Assembly (NCBI GenBank): GCA_938021675.1
Contig: CALIFY010000014.1
Span: 34,726-98,725, forward strand
DNA from: an uncultured Acidimicrobiales bacterium
GTDB taxonomy: Bacteria; Actinomycetota; Acidimicrobiia; Acidimicrobiales; SZUA-35
Direction of reading: 5' to 3'
DNA: 64,000 nt
Both the position numbers and the translations under genes were made by a program. The notes under the pieces are model-generated. The model searched no databases, was not told where the DNA came from, and saw only the letters and a list, made by a program, of their open reading frames with translations. Below, piece by piece: positions 1-8,584 of this stretch (position 1 is its first letter; the number at the start of each line of letters is the position of its first letter).

Positions 1-679
1 CCTGACGCTGCCCGTCCGTCATCGTGTGCAGCTCGACTTCGCTGGTCGAATCGCCGTTGTTGTGGAACATGAAATCGGCGGAGATTCTCTCGCCGGCCAG
101 CGGTGTGATCTCGATCTGCGGCGCCGACCCGGCACCGCAATACCAGTGGACGCCTTCGGGGTACCATGTCAGAAATCCAGCCAGTGGGCGAGCGGTGTCC
201 GTCCGTCGTACGAATTCCTCAGACTCGCTGAATGCGAGCATGAGTAGCCCTCTAGGGTATCCGGCGCTCAAGGCCGACACCCAATGATCGCGGCCGTTCT
301 CTTCCGGCGATCGGCGAAGGACGTTGCGGTACACCAATTCGACGAATCGATCGTCGCTGAGCGAACCGTAGCGAACCGCGAACTCGTCCGAAATTGCGAG
401 CTCCTCGGAAATGGTTGGGAGGTCTGCTTCTCCGCTCTGGTACTTTTCGACCCAGCCGGTGAATCCGTCGGCATCCGGTTCGCGATTGAAATATGCAAGA
501 TAAAGACGCCGTATTGAATCGGTAAGTTCTGGACAGCTAGATGGTGGAACTGCTGTTTCTTCGGTTGCACTAACCGGGGTGGCCGGTCCTAATGCGAGCG
601 ATGTAATTACGAACAGGAGCGATATTGCGCTCCCGAGTACGGTGCGGCGACCGGTCACCACGTCTGTTTCTACCCCCAT
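1..679 (-). CDS. DUF4214 domain-containing protein with N-terminal signal/anchor; partial, 3' end runs off the left edge
   Basis: Not in the ORF track because there is no stop inside the window. My own minus-strand translation from ATG 679..677 gives MGVETDVVTGRRTVLGSAISLLFVITSLALGPATPVSATEE..., then YLAYFNREPDADGFTGWVEKYQSGE...DEFAVRYGSLSDDRFVELVYRNVLRRSPEENGRDHWVSAL...FSESEEF. That is the classic DUF4214 pattern. The frame stays open to position 2. Confidence 0.75.
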   Translation of the reverse strand, partial: MGVETDVVTGRRTVLGSAISLLFVITSLALGPATPVSATEETAVPPSSCPELTDSIRRLYLAYFNREPDADGFTGWVEKYQSGEADLPTISEELAISDEFAVRYGSLSDDRFVELVYRNVLRRSPEENGRDHWVSALSAGYPRGLLMLAFSESEEFVRRTDTARPLAGFLTWYPEGVHWYCGAGSAPQIEITPLAGERISADFMFHNNGDSTSEVELHTMTDGQRQ

Positions 680-818
680 GTTCTAGAAGAGTGTTGGTGA
701 ATGGCGTTGATTGAATGCCAATACTAGCGCTCATGGCTGACCGGTCGGGAAATTTCGATCCACTCGCCGCAGGCCGAGCGGCGCGATTGTCCAAATCGGT
801 CTTTCTTTCATCGGTTCG

Positions 819-3800
819 TTGCGGATGACTTGCCAATTTCTCACAGCGCTAAGCAGCAGGTTTAGGACGTCCATCATTGTTCAAGAATGGGCTTTTGTTA
901 TTGGGGTCGTCAGGGGGAAATTAACGAGCTATCGTTCGATACCAGTGACTCAGGCATGGGAATTCCCTGACCAGAGGCACAAGCCATCCGCCGCCCTTCG
1001 AGAGTTCCTGGATCCACTAAGTCCAGGCCTCTATTTGGACTGTGGACGCGCTCGGCTTCATGGTCTCGACGACGCTCTTCTCCGCGAAGCGGTGAGTCGT
1101 GGGCGCAGTGTTGGTGATGACAGTTTCGTGCTGGTCATCACCGATGTTGGCCTCATCTACTGTCGACCCTCTATCGCCTTTGCGATAGCGGCACGCTGGT
1201 CGGAGCTCTCGATGTCGGTACTGGTCGGTGAAACCGATCCGGTGCTGCTTCCGGTGGTATGGCCACATCATGGTGAACTGGACTTCACCGTGAGTCGGCG
1301 CTTGGCCACCAATGTGCTCGATTCCTGGCACCGTGCGTCGGGCAGTCCCGATCGAGGCGTTGGTCAACCGGCCGATCCAGAGGTGAACGGCGACGAACCG
1401 ACCACCCAAATGCCGGTGGTATCGACGCCGGCAACGCCGCCTCCAATTGCCGCCACGCCGCCGATGCCATCGGCCGGGTACCTGTCTTTTGAAGACGGGG
1501 CGATCGAAAGCTACGCCGCTGGGGCGCCGACGGAAACGAGCGTTGTCGCTCAAGCGCCCGAAGCCACCGAGGTCGGCCCACAGCTCGACATCGGCCCCTG
1601 GCTGGACGAGCTGGCTCCTGGTGGTACGCCGATGCCGACGTCACCGGATGGGCGAGATTGCGTTGCCGACGACGTCGTTATCGATCTCGTCGCTCCGGCC
1701 GACCGGCGAGTCGACACTGGCCAGTCGGTGGAGAATTCGCTACGAGATGCATCGCCAACCCTTGGTTCCAGCGAGCAAACATCGACCCACCGTGAGCCTC
1801 CGCCACGAACGGAGGCGGCCGGAGCGCTCTTGGCAACCACGACGATAGAGATGACGGTTGGCCCCGCATCACCAACAGATTCGCCGCTCATCGAGCGCCC
1901 TGATTGTCCCGTTCCGACCGCCGAGGCCAGCCCCCGACAAGGGCCGGATCCGCTACGCCCTCACACCGTTTCTCCGCCCGGCCCGGTCCCCGTTTCTGAA
2001 TACCAGCCATCGTCGCTGGTGGAGCGGACAGGGCTGGCTCCACCAGCCTCGCCCCCCAGACCGGACGACGAGGCTGTGGTCGCCCCGAGTCAGCCCCACG
2101 CTGATCAAGCCAGCTCGAATGTCGCCGGTGTTGGCGAGTGGGTAGTGGACTCAACCGACCCCACCGCCGAGCAACGTGGCGATGCAGCCCACGGATTCGA
2201 ACCCTCTGTCCCATACCGGGATCCGGTCGAATCGACCAACGGCTCGACCGGATCTGTAATCGACGCTGGGCCGGCAAACCAGGTCGCCACCGGCTCCGGC
2301 AACACCGCCACCGGCTCCGGCAACACCGCCACCGGGTCCGGCAACACCGCCACCGGCTCCGACAACACCGCCACCGGGTCCGACAACACCGCCACCGGGT
2401 CCGGCAACACCGCCACCGGCTCCGACAACACCGACATCCGGGCTGAAGATGAGCAAGATGGCTGGTTCCCGACCGAGGTGCGTACTGGCCAAAACGGCCA
2501 TCACCGGAACGGATCAACCGTCGAACCTCCCGAGGGTCCGGTTGCATGCAACGGCGCCCCCCAGGCCGAGACTCGGTCAGAACCGGCCGAAGTGCCTCCG
2601 AACGGGACTGGGCCAAACGGGACTGGGCCAAACCCGCACGAAGACGGGACGGTGCCGTTCACGGCGAACCACAACGGCGTCAATCGGCATCAAGGCCTCC
2701 CAAACTTGGCTCAGGTCGTCCAACCACCGATCGGCCCACAGTCGTCCGGTCAGCCTCCAGTCAACCTGCCAACAGTCGATTCGTCGACCGTTGACCGGTC
2801 ACCGCCCGCCGAAGACCGGCAACCAACCGAGCCACCGTCGGTAGAGGAGCTTCAGTACCTGAACGTCTGGCCGACGGCCCAGGAAACTGGGAATCCGACC
2901 ACGACCACGACCACCACCTCGCCGGCCGCTGGCCGCCATGATCACCTCGATCGTCCAGCCGACGAACGGGCCGTGGCCGATCGACCAGAGCCTGGACAAG
3001 GGGAACCGTACCTATTCGATCCGCCGGCGCCGAAGGAACGGTCTCCGGAACGGGCGCTGTTCAACCTTGCGGCACCCGAGCGCCAGACGCCCGACGTCCG
3101 GCGTCGGTCGACTACGGATGGATCGGCGGTGGTCGTCGACGATTCGTCTGCGCCGGACCTCGACCAAAACACCGATAGACACCAAGAGGTCGCCTTTGCC
3201 CACTGGGGGCACAACCCCACGGAGAGCGATCGGACACCGGGCCCGCTGCCGGATTGGGGTGCGACGGAGCATCCGGTCGACGGGTCACCGGTTCGGAGTA
3301 ACGGCAACGAGACACAGCGCCGACCGCACTGGTACGTAGAGGAAGATCGAATCGACGACGTTCGACAGCACGTACCACCGCCAGTGCCAAAATCCCGCCG
3401 CTCGGTAACCAAACGAGATCGTTCCGATGAGATGACATCGAACGTTGATGCAGCGCACAACTCTCGCTCCATGACGAACGTTCCGCCCGTTCCCGAAATG
3501 ATCGCCCCGCCGTCGACCCCACCGGCCGATTCGAGGCGCAATGGATTCGACGTCGACCGCATCGTGGCCTGGCTTGGCACCCCGGCATCTTGGGTAGTGG
3601 CGCTCGTCATGCTCTCGGTGGCCATCGTGATGTTGGCAATCAGCATCATCCTCTATCGGAATGGCGACACGGCGGAAGAAGCGCTCGCCGCGTCGGAGAC
3701 GGCTACCGTCGTGAACTCGCTGGCCAGTCCGACCACGTCGGTCGCCGCCGTCGATACGGCGATACAACCGATCCCCGACGCCCCGATTAGCGACCGAAAT

Positions 3801-4022
3801 GCGGCGCCCGCACACCGTGTGTCCAACGCCAACCGAAACTGCAATATCAACTACCTCAGCTGCGTTCCCATGGCCGAAGACGTGGACTGCCAAGGGGATG
3901 GTGATGGCCCGGTATACGTCACCGAGGTGGTGAACGTCGTCGGAGAAGATGTGTATGGGCTCGATACCGACAACGATGGACAAGGTTGCGAACCCGACCA
4001 ACCGCCAACCCCCACGTCCTGA
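819..4022 (+). CDS. Giant low-complexity (Pro/Thr/Ser/Asp-rich) single-pass membrane protein with a globular N-domain and a Cys-rich Excalibur-like C-terminus
   Basis: One uninterrupted ORF of 1067 aa. In-frame codons are strongly GC3-biased (gcc acc ggc tcc ggc aac acc). There is one TM helix (WVVALVMLSVAIVMLAISIILY). The C-terminus is DCQGDGDGPVY...GLDTDNDGQGCE. The true start is uncertain (GTG near 946 is possible). All antisense ORFs across it are treated as shadows. Confidence 0.6.
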   Translation: MRMTCQFLTALSSRFRTSIIVQEWAFVIGVVRGKLTSYRSIPVTQAWEFPDQRHKPSAALREFLDPLSPGLYLDCGRARLHGLDDALLREAVSRGRSVGDDSFVLVITDVGLIYCRPSIAFAIAARWSELSMSVLVGETDPVLLPVVWPHHGELDFTVSRRLATNVLDSWHRASGSPDRGVGQPADPEVNGDEPTTQMPVVSTPATPPPIAATPPMPSAGYLSFEDGAIESYAAGAPTETSVVAQAPEATEVGPQLDIGPWLDELAPGGTPMPTSPDGRDCVADDVVIDLVAPADRRVDTGQSVENSLRDASPTLGSSEQTSTHREPPPRTEAAGALLATTTIEMTVGPASPTDSPLIERPDCPVPTAEASPRQGPDPLRPHTVSPPGPVPVSEYQPSSLVERTGLAPPASPPRPDDEAVVAPSQPHADQASSNVAGVGEWVVDSTDPTAEQRGDAAHGFEPSVPYRDPVESTNGSTGSVIDAGPANQVATGSGNTATGSGNTATGSGNTATGSDNTATGSDNTATGSGNTATGSDNTDIRAEDEQDGWFPTEVRTGQNGHHRNGSTVEPPEGPVACNGAPQAETRSEPAEVPPNGTGPNGTGPNPHEDGTVPFTANHNGVNRHQGLPNLAQVVQPPIGPQSSGQPPVNLPTVDSSTVDRSPPAEDRQPTEPPSVEELQYLNVWPTAQETGNPTTTTTTTSPAAGRHDHLDRPADERAVADRPEPGQGEPYLFDPPAPKERSPERALFNLAAPERQTPDVRRRSTTDGSAVVVDDSSAPDLDQNTDRHQEVAFAHWGHNPTESDRTPGPLPDWGATEHPVDGSPVRSNGNETQRRPHWYVEEDRIDDVRQHVPPPVPKSRRSVTKRDRSDEMTSNVDAAHNSRSMTNVPPVPEMIAPPSTPPADSRRNGFDVDRIVAWLGTPASWVVALVMLSVAIVMLAISIILYRNGDTAEEALAASETATVVNSLASPTTSVAAVDTAIQPIPDAPISDRNAAPAHRVSNANRNCNINYLSCVPMAEDVDCQGDGDGPVYVTEVVNVVGEDVYGLDTDNDGQGCEPDQPPTPTS
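2286..2432 (+). repeat. In-frame tandem repeat, 7 x 21 bp (ATGSGNT/ATGSDNT heptads)
   Basis: The unit gccaccggctccggcaacacc is repeated head-to-tail seven times with G/A and c/g variants. A second small 2 x 15 bp repeat (aacgggactgggcca) lies at 2601..2630. Confidence 0.95.
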
Positions 4023-4061
4023 GCAACCGGTATCGCGTCGGTAACCGTTTGGACGGTGCTG

Positions 4062-4877
4062 TCAGCGATTGTGAACTTGCCCAACCCAATCGTCGATCTG
4101 TTCACGGCTGACCGCGGTGAGTGGCCCGTACGCTGCGGCAACCTCGTCGGCCTGCGTGGTGAGATATCCCGACGTCGCCACCTGGCCTCCTGGGGCCACC
4201 ATCGACACGATGTCGGCCGCCACCTGGCGGTGGATGGGTAACAGTAGATTGACCACGATCACATCGAATCGAGACGGATTTTCGGCGGCGGTCTCGGTGG
4301 TCGACGCGGTGGAACAGTGGATGGTCACACCGCACTCCTTCGCGTTGGCCAGCGCCGTCTCGACCGCTTCGGGGTCGATGTCTCTGGCGTGGACGTCGAC
4401 CGCGCCAAGGAGCGCGGCGGCGATGGCGAGTACACCAGATCCGGTCCCTACATCGAGGACCGACATGCCGGGCTCGACGATGGCCCCCAGCTGATCGAGG
4501 GCCAATCGGGTTGTTTGGTGTTTGCCGTGACCGAAGGTCGGTCCCGCAATGATGGGGAACCGAACCGTCCGACCGTCGACGGCGTGAACTTCCACCGTGG
4601 TTACCTGAGGCTTGCCGGTCTCGTCGCTTGGCCCGGACATGACGTCGACGGCCGTCGTCACGCTCACCGCGTCGAATCGGTGGCGGACGATCTCGGCGGC
4701 CCGGTCGGCCGCCTGTTCGCTGTCAAACCCGGCGACGACGGCATCGGTCGTCTCCCAAACCCCCGTTGTGCCAAGGTCCCAGAGTTGGGAATTCAGCAGG
4801 TCAAACGACGTGTCGGTCAGCCCAGAAGTCGGAAACTGGAGGAGCCATCCCACACCGAACCATTCTAGGAGCGACAA
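4062..4877 (-). CDS. prmA: Ribosomal protein L11 methyltransferase
   Basis: SAM-binding motif VLDVGTGSGVLAIAAALLGA..VHARDIDPEAV..A..NA, with a PrmA-type N-terminal domain. Confidence 0.8.
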   Translation of the reverse strand: MSLLEWFGVGWLLQFPTSGLTDTSFDLLNSQLWDLGTTGVWETTDAVVAGFDSEQAADRAAEIVRHRFDAVSVTTAVDVMSGPSDETGKPQVTTVEVHAVDGRTVRFPIIAGPTFGHGKHQTTRLALDQLGAIVEPGMSVLDVGTGSGVLAIAAALLGAVDVHARDIDPEAVETALANAKECGVTIHCSTASTTETAAENPSRFDVIVVNLLLPIHRQVAADIVSMVAPGGQVATSGYLTTQADEVAAAYGPLTAVSREQIDDWVGQVHNR

Positions 4878-4884
4878 TGGGTAG

Positions 4885-6564
4885 GTGGGTCAAGATCCAG
4901 CAACCATCACGCCGAACACGAACACGAACACGAACACGACTCGATCTTCGGAGCCGGAGAACGGATCGTTGCCGGTTCATGCCGCCATCGACCTTGGAAC
5001 GAATTCGTTTCACCTGGTGGTCGCCCGTGGACTCGCCGATGGCGGGTTTGAGGTCATCACAACAGAGAAGGAGATGGTGCGTCTTGGTCAGGGGAGCGGC
5101 GAAATGCGGTTGCTTACCGATGCGGCCATGGACCGAGGTGTCGACGCGCTCCGTCGCATGGCCGCCGTCGCTGCCACCCACGAAGCGGAAATCACCGCCG
5201 TCGGCACTAGCGCCATCCGAGAGGCCAACAACCAACGGGTGTTCATAGATCGAGTTCGTAGCGAGACGGGAATCGAGATAGAGGTTATCTCGGGCTTCGA
5301 AGAGGCCCGGTTGATTCACCTCGGGGTGCTGCAAGCACTCCCGGTCTATGAGACGCCACTGTTGCTGGTCGACATCGGGGGCGGAAGCACAGAATTTCTC
5401 ATCGGTCGCGGGTCGACGGTGTTGATGGCTCGCAGCCTCAAACTCGGAGCGATCCGGCTGACCGACGGGTTCTTCGGCGACGGCAAGATCACAAACAAAG
5501 CGGTTCGGGGATGCCGGGCCCACGTCAAAAACGTGTTGGCTGCCGCCTGCCGTGATTTCGAGCCGTTGACGCGAGAAGTCGCCATCGGGAGTTCGGGAAC
5601 CATCACCGCTATGGCCTCGATGATCGCCGCCCAACGGGGAGAGGAATGTCGCGATATGAACGGGGTGTCGTTCACCGCCGATGAACTCGGTGATGCGGTG
5701 GAACGGCTGATTGGCTCGACCTCGCAGGATCGTCGGGGAATCGATGGCCTCGACGCAAAACGGGCCGACATCATCGTGGGTGGCTCCATCCTCCTCGAAG
5801 GAATCTTTCGAGTCTTTGACCTCGACGCGATCACCGTGTCGGGATACGCGCTCCGCGAAGGGGTCTTGTTCGACCGGTTGGCCGCCCGTGGCACGTCATC
5901 TTTTCTCTCCACCGTCGATCGGTTGACCGACCTCCGGCGGGCAAACGTCCGCCGGTTGGCCCGCCAACTCGACCCCGATGCCGAACACGCCGAGACCGCG
6001 GCCCGCCTCGCCCTTCGACTTTTCGACCAAACACGCGAACTCCACGGTCTAGACCAGCAGGCCCGAGAACTGCTGGAGATGGCGGCAATCGTCCACAACG
6101 TCGGACTCTTTATTTCCCACTCCGCTCACCACAAACACACCTACTACATCGTTCGACATTCCGAGCAGCTCACTGGATTCACCGAACACGAGCGTGAGTT
6201 GTTGGCTTTGGTGGCGCGATATCACCGGAAAGGGATCCCGAGCGACAAACATGAGACCTTCGCCCCGCTGAGAAAGAAAGACAAGCGGTTGGTGCGGATT
6301 CTAGCCGGTCTGTTGCGGGTGGCTATCGGTCTCGACCGGAGCCACCGTGGCCTCGTGGCCGACGTGAGCGTGACGGGAACCGACGACGGGCTTGTGATCA
6401 CTCCGCTTGCGGCCATCGAGCCGGAGTCGGAGTCGGAGTCAATCGCAGGTCCCGACAGCACGACCGATATCGAGCTTGAGATCTATTCCGCCCAGGAACG
6501 TTCGGAGCTATTGGCCGTGGCCCTCGACGTCGATGTCGAGGTCGCTGGCACCGATAATTCGTAG
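4885..6564 (+). CDS. ppx: Ppx/GppA family phosphatase with C-terminal HD domain (exopolyphosphatase-like)
   Basis: AAIDLGTNSFHLVVAR, DIGGGSTEF, and later HNVGLFISHSAHHKHTYYIV (HD region). The start is uncertain. An in-frame TTG just before LPVHAAIDLG would place the microsatellite outside the CDS. Confidence 0.8.
   Translation: MGQDPATITPNTNTNTNTTRSSEPENGSLPVHAAIDLGTNSFHLVVARGLADGGFEVITTEKEMVRLGQGSGEMRLLTDAAMDRGVDALRRMAAVAATHEAEITAVGTSAIREANNQRVFIDRVRSETGIEIEVISGFEEARLIHLGVLQALPVYETPLLLVDIGGGSTEFLIGRGSTVLMARSLKLGAIRLTDGFFGDGKITNKAVRGCRAHVKNVLAAACRDFEPLTREVAIGSSGTITAMASMIAAQRGEECRDMNGVSFTADELGDAVERLIGSTSQDRRGIDGLDAKRADIIVGGSILLEGIFRVFDLDAITVSGYALREGVLFDRLAARGTSSFLSTVDRLTDLRRANVRRLARQLDPDAEHAETAARLALRLFDQTRELHGLDQQARELLEMAAIVHNVGLFISHSAHHKHTYYIVRHSEQLTGFTEHERELLALVARYHRKGIPSDKHETFAPLRKKDKRLVRILAGLLRVAIGLDRSHRGLVADVSVTGTDDGLVITPLAAIEPESESESIAGPDSTTDIELEIYSAQERSELLAVALDVDVEVAGTDNS
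4914..4937. repeat. Hexanucleotide microsatellite (GAACAC)x4
   Basis: gaacacgaacacgaacacgaacac, read directly. It sits 37-60 bp upstream of the prmA start and inside the 5' end of the longest ppx ORF, where it would encode NTNTNTNT. Confidence 0.95.
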
Positions 6565-6596
6565 CTGGCGGCGTGCCCTTTGGCGCTACCGAGGAC

Positions 6597-7250
6597 CTAC
6601 AGGCCAAAGCGTTCGAACGGAAAGTCGATCAAGGTGTCGAGCACCGCATCGGCCGCCGAGAAATCACTGGCCGCGGTCACCCGGTTCGGCACGACAACGC
6701 AGGCCATGCCGGCGGCCTTCGCCGCCGCTACCCCGTTGTAGGAGTCTTCGATGACCACGCAGGCCGACGGGTCGACCCCGAGGCGTTCGGCGGCCACGAG
6801 GAACACGTCGGGCCATGGTTTGGCGTTCGTGACGTCGTCTCGGGTGGCGAGAACCGAAAAGCGATCGATGATGTCTCGTTCGGTCAGATGCCGCTCGACC
6901 CATCGAAGCGGGGAGCTGGATGCCACCGCTACCGCTCGTCCGCGGCGGTCGGCACCGTCGAGCACGTCGAGAACGCCGAGGCGGAGGTCGGTGCCGGCAA
7001 TCATGTCGGTGTGGGCCCGCCGCCGCCTGGCCCGAATCTCCTCAATGTCATCCCTGGGCCCCAGCTCGTCCTGAAGTTCGTCGCTCCAGTGCCGGTGGTC
7101 AGCCCGACCGACCTTCAACCGAAAGTCATCCAGTTTGTAGTCGAGACCATGCCGCCGGAACTCTTGGCGGACGGTGACAAACTCACTCCATTCAGTGTCG
7201 ATAATGGTGCCGTCAAAATCGAAGATGATGGCCGTCGAGCGGTCGTTCAT
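6597..7250 (-). CDS. HAD-IA family hydrolase (beta-phosphoglucomutase-like)
   Basis: The DxDG motif IIFDFDGTIIDTE is followed by later HAD motifs (VAVASSS, VVIEDSYNGVAAAKAAGM). The start overlaps the upstream stop as ATGA. Confidence 0.8.
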   Translation of the reverse strand: MNDRSTAIIFDFDGTIIDTEWSEFVTVRQEFRRHGLDYKLDDFRLKVGRADHRHWSDELQDELGPRDDIEEIRARRRRAHTDMIAGTDLRLGVLDVLDGADRRGRAVAVASSSPLRWVERHLTERDIIDRFSVLATRDDVTNAKPWPDVFLVAAERLGVDPSACVVIEDSYNGVAAAKAAGMACVVVPNRVTAASDFSAADAVLDTLIDFPFERFGL

Positions 7251-7948
7251 CGCGCCGCTCGGTCGGCGGCGATCTGTTCCGCCATCGTGTCGAGCGTTGC
7301 TTTCCGGAATCCCGTCATCGTGCGTTCATAGGCGCCGCGGTCGAGCGACGTCAGGAGGGTCGCCTCTTCAATCGCCGTGTCCACCACGTGTTCTGGAGCC
7401 ACAACTCGGTCGAGGAAGCCGGCGTCGAGGGCTCCGGCCGGATCGGTGATCCTGGCATTGGCGATCGCTCGCTGGATATGGGTGTTGCTGAGCCGTTCGC
7501 GGGCGATCGTGTGAGCCCAGCCGGGCAGCGTCAATCCTATGGCCACCTCGTTCAGCCCGATTTTGAACGGACCATCAGCCCCGATCCGCACATCGGAACC
7601 GAGGAGCATCAAGGCGCCGCCGGCGATGGCGTGGCCGGTACAGGCGGCAACGACGGGAATTCCGCAACCGTACATGGTGCGGACCAGCTCGCCCCCGGCG
7701 GCCACCATGCCGACGATGGCCGCCATGTCGCCGGACTTGAAGACGTCGAGGTCGAACCCGGCCGAGAATCGACCGGCCCGTCCGACGATGACGGCTGCCG
7801 CCACCGACTCGTCGGCCTCAGCGGTAGTTAACGCGTCGCCAAGGGCGGCGATCATGGTCGACGACAGCGCATTGGCTTTGCCGTCGTCCATCTCGATCAC
7901 CGCGATGGTTCCGTCGCCCGCCGCGCTCGTTCGTACGTATTCGGTCAT
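7247..7948 (-). CDS. Enoyl-CoA hydratase/isomerase (crotonase) family protein
   Basis: Crotonase fold motifs (VIVGRAGRFSAGFDL, ACTGHAIAGGALMLL). I moved the start to ATG 7948 (MTEYV...) because the longer ORF to 8278 overlaps ogt and its extra residues look non-coding. Confidence 0.75.
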   Translation of the reverse strand: MTEYVRTSAAGDGTIAVIEMDDGKANALSSTMIAALGDALTTAEADESVAAAVIVGRAGRFSAGFDLDVFKSGDMAAIVGMVAAGGELVRTMYGCGIPVVAACTGHAIAGGALMLLGSDVRIGADGPFKIGLNEVAIGLTLPGWAHTIARERLSNTHIQRAIANARITDPAGALDAGFLDRVVAPEHVVDTAIEEATLLTSLDRGAYERTMTGFRKATLDTMAEQIAADRAAR

Positions 7949-8031
7949 GCCCAGAAGATAGCGGCCGACACGTCCGAGCCCCATTCGCCGCTGGTAGCGA
8001 CCGGGGGTGTAGCCGGACCCGAAATCTTCGG

Positions 8032-8583
8032 TTACAGGGCCAATCGATTCTCCGATGATTCGTGTTGCAAAAGCCAGCGTTTGATGTCGAGGCCGTAGTA
8101 GTACCCGCCGAGAGACCCGTCTCCACGAAGGGCCCGGTGACAGGGGACAATCGGAGCGATCAGATTTCGGCCGCAGGCGCTGCCGACGGCCCGGACCGCT
8201 CGGGGATTGCTCGTCGAGCGGGCCAGATCGCCATAGGTTCTGGTTTCCCCGGGCGGGATGTTGCGAAGACCCTGCCACACCTCTTGCTGAAGGTCGGTTC
8301 CGGCCTGGGACACCGGCAGATCGTCGAGGGCGGCGATGTCACCGTCCAAGTACCGAACGATGGGGTCGTCGAGCAGCCCGAGATGGTCGACGGAGCGGAG
8401 CGGGTGGCGAGACGGCTCGGGAACACGGTTCCAGAGGTCGTCGGGTGGGCAGAAGCCTGCGGCGACGACCACGTCATCGGAGGCCAAGACGGACAGCGGG
8501 CCCACCGGGGTGTTGTAGCTGCAGGAGTCGATGCTGTTGTCACTCATGATGTTCGTTTCTCGTTTCGTGTATCGAGTGGTCAT
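8032..8583 (-). CDS. ogt: Methylated-DNA--protein-cysteine methyltransferase
   Basis: Active-site PCHRAL plus the helix-turn-wing region YGDLARSTSNPRAVRAVGSACGRN. ATG 8583 directly abuts the ada-alkA stop (TGACATG). ATG 8547 is an alternative start. Confidence 0.85.
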   Translation of the reverse strand: MTTRYTKRETNIMSDNSIDSCSYNTPVGPLSVLASDDVVVAAGFCPPDDLWNRVPEPSRHPLRSVDHLGLLDDPIVRYLDGDIAALDDLPVSQAGTDLQQEVWQGLRNIPPGETRTYGDLARSTSNPRAVRAVGSACGRNLIAPIVPCHRALRGDGSLGGYYYGLDIKRWLLQHESSENRLAL

Positions 8584-8584
8584 G

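Noticed and set aside
1017-4001. Many long antisense or off-frame ORFs inside the giant ORF, e.g. 1888..2631(-) 247 aa, 2942..3649(-) 235 aa, 3285..4001(-) 238 aa
   Set aside because: Their products are Arg/Gly/Pro/Trp-rich with no motifs. This is typical of shadow ORFs in high-GC DNA. The plus-strand frame shows the expected GC3 bias and carries the in-frame repeats.
7949-8278. N-terminal 110-aa extension of the crotonase ORF (ORF listed as 7247..8278)
   Set aside because: The extension overlaps the ogt coding region on the same strand in another frame. It is Arg/Pro/Ser-rich with no similarity to crotonases. A proper ATG (MTEYV...) at 7948 gives a normal-length enzyme.
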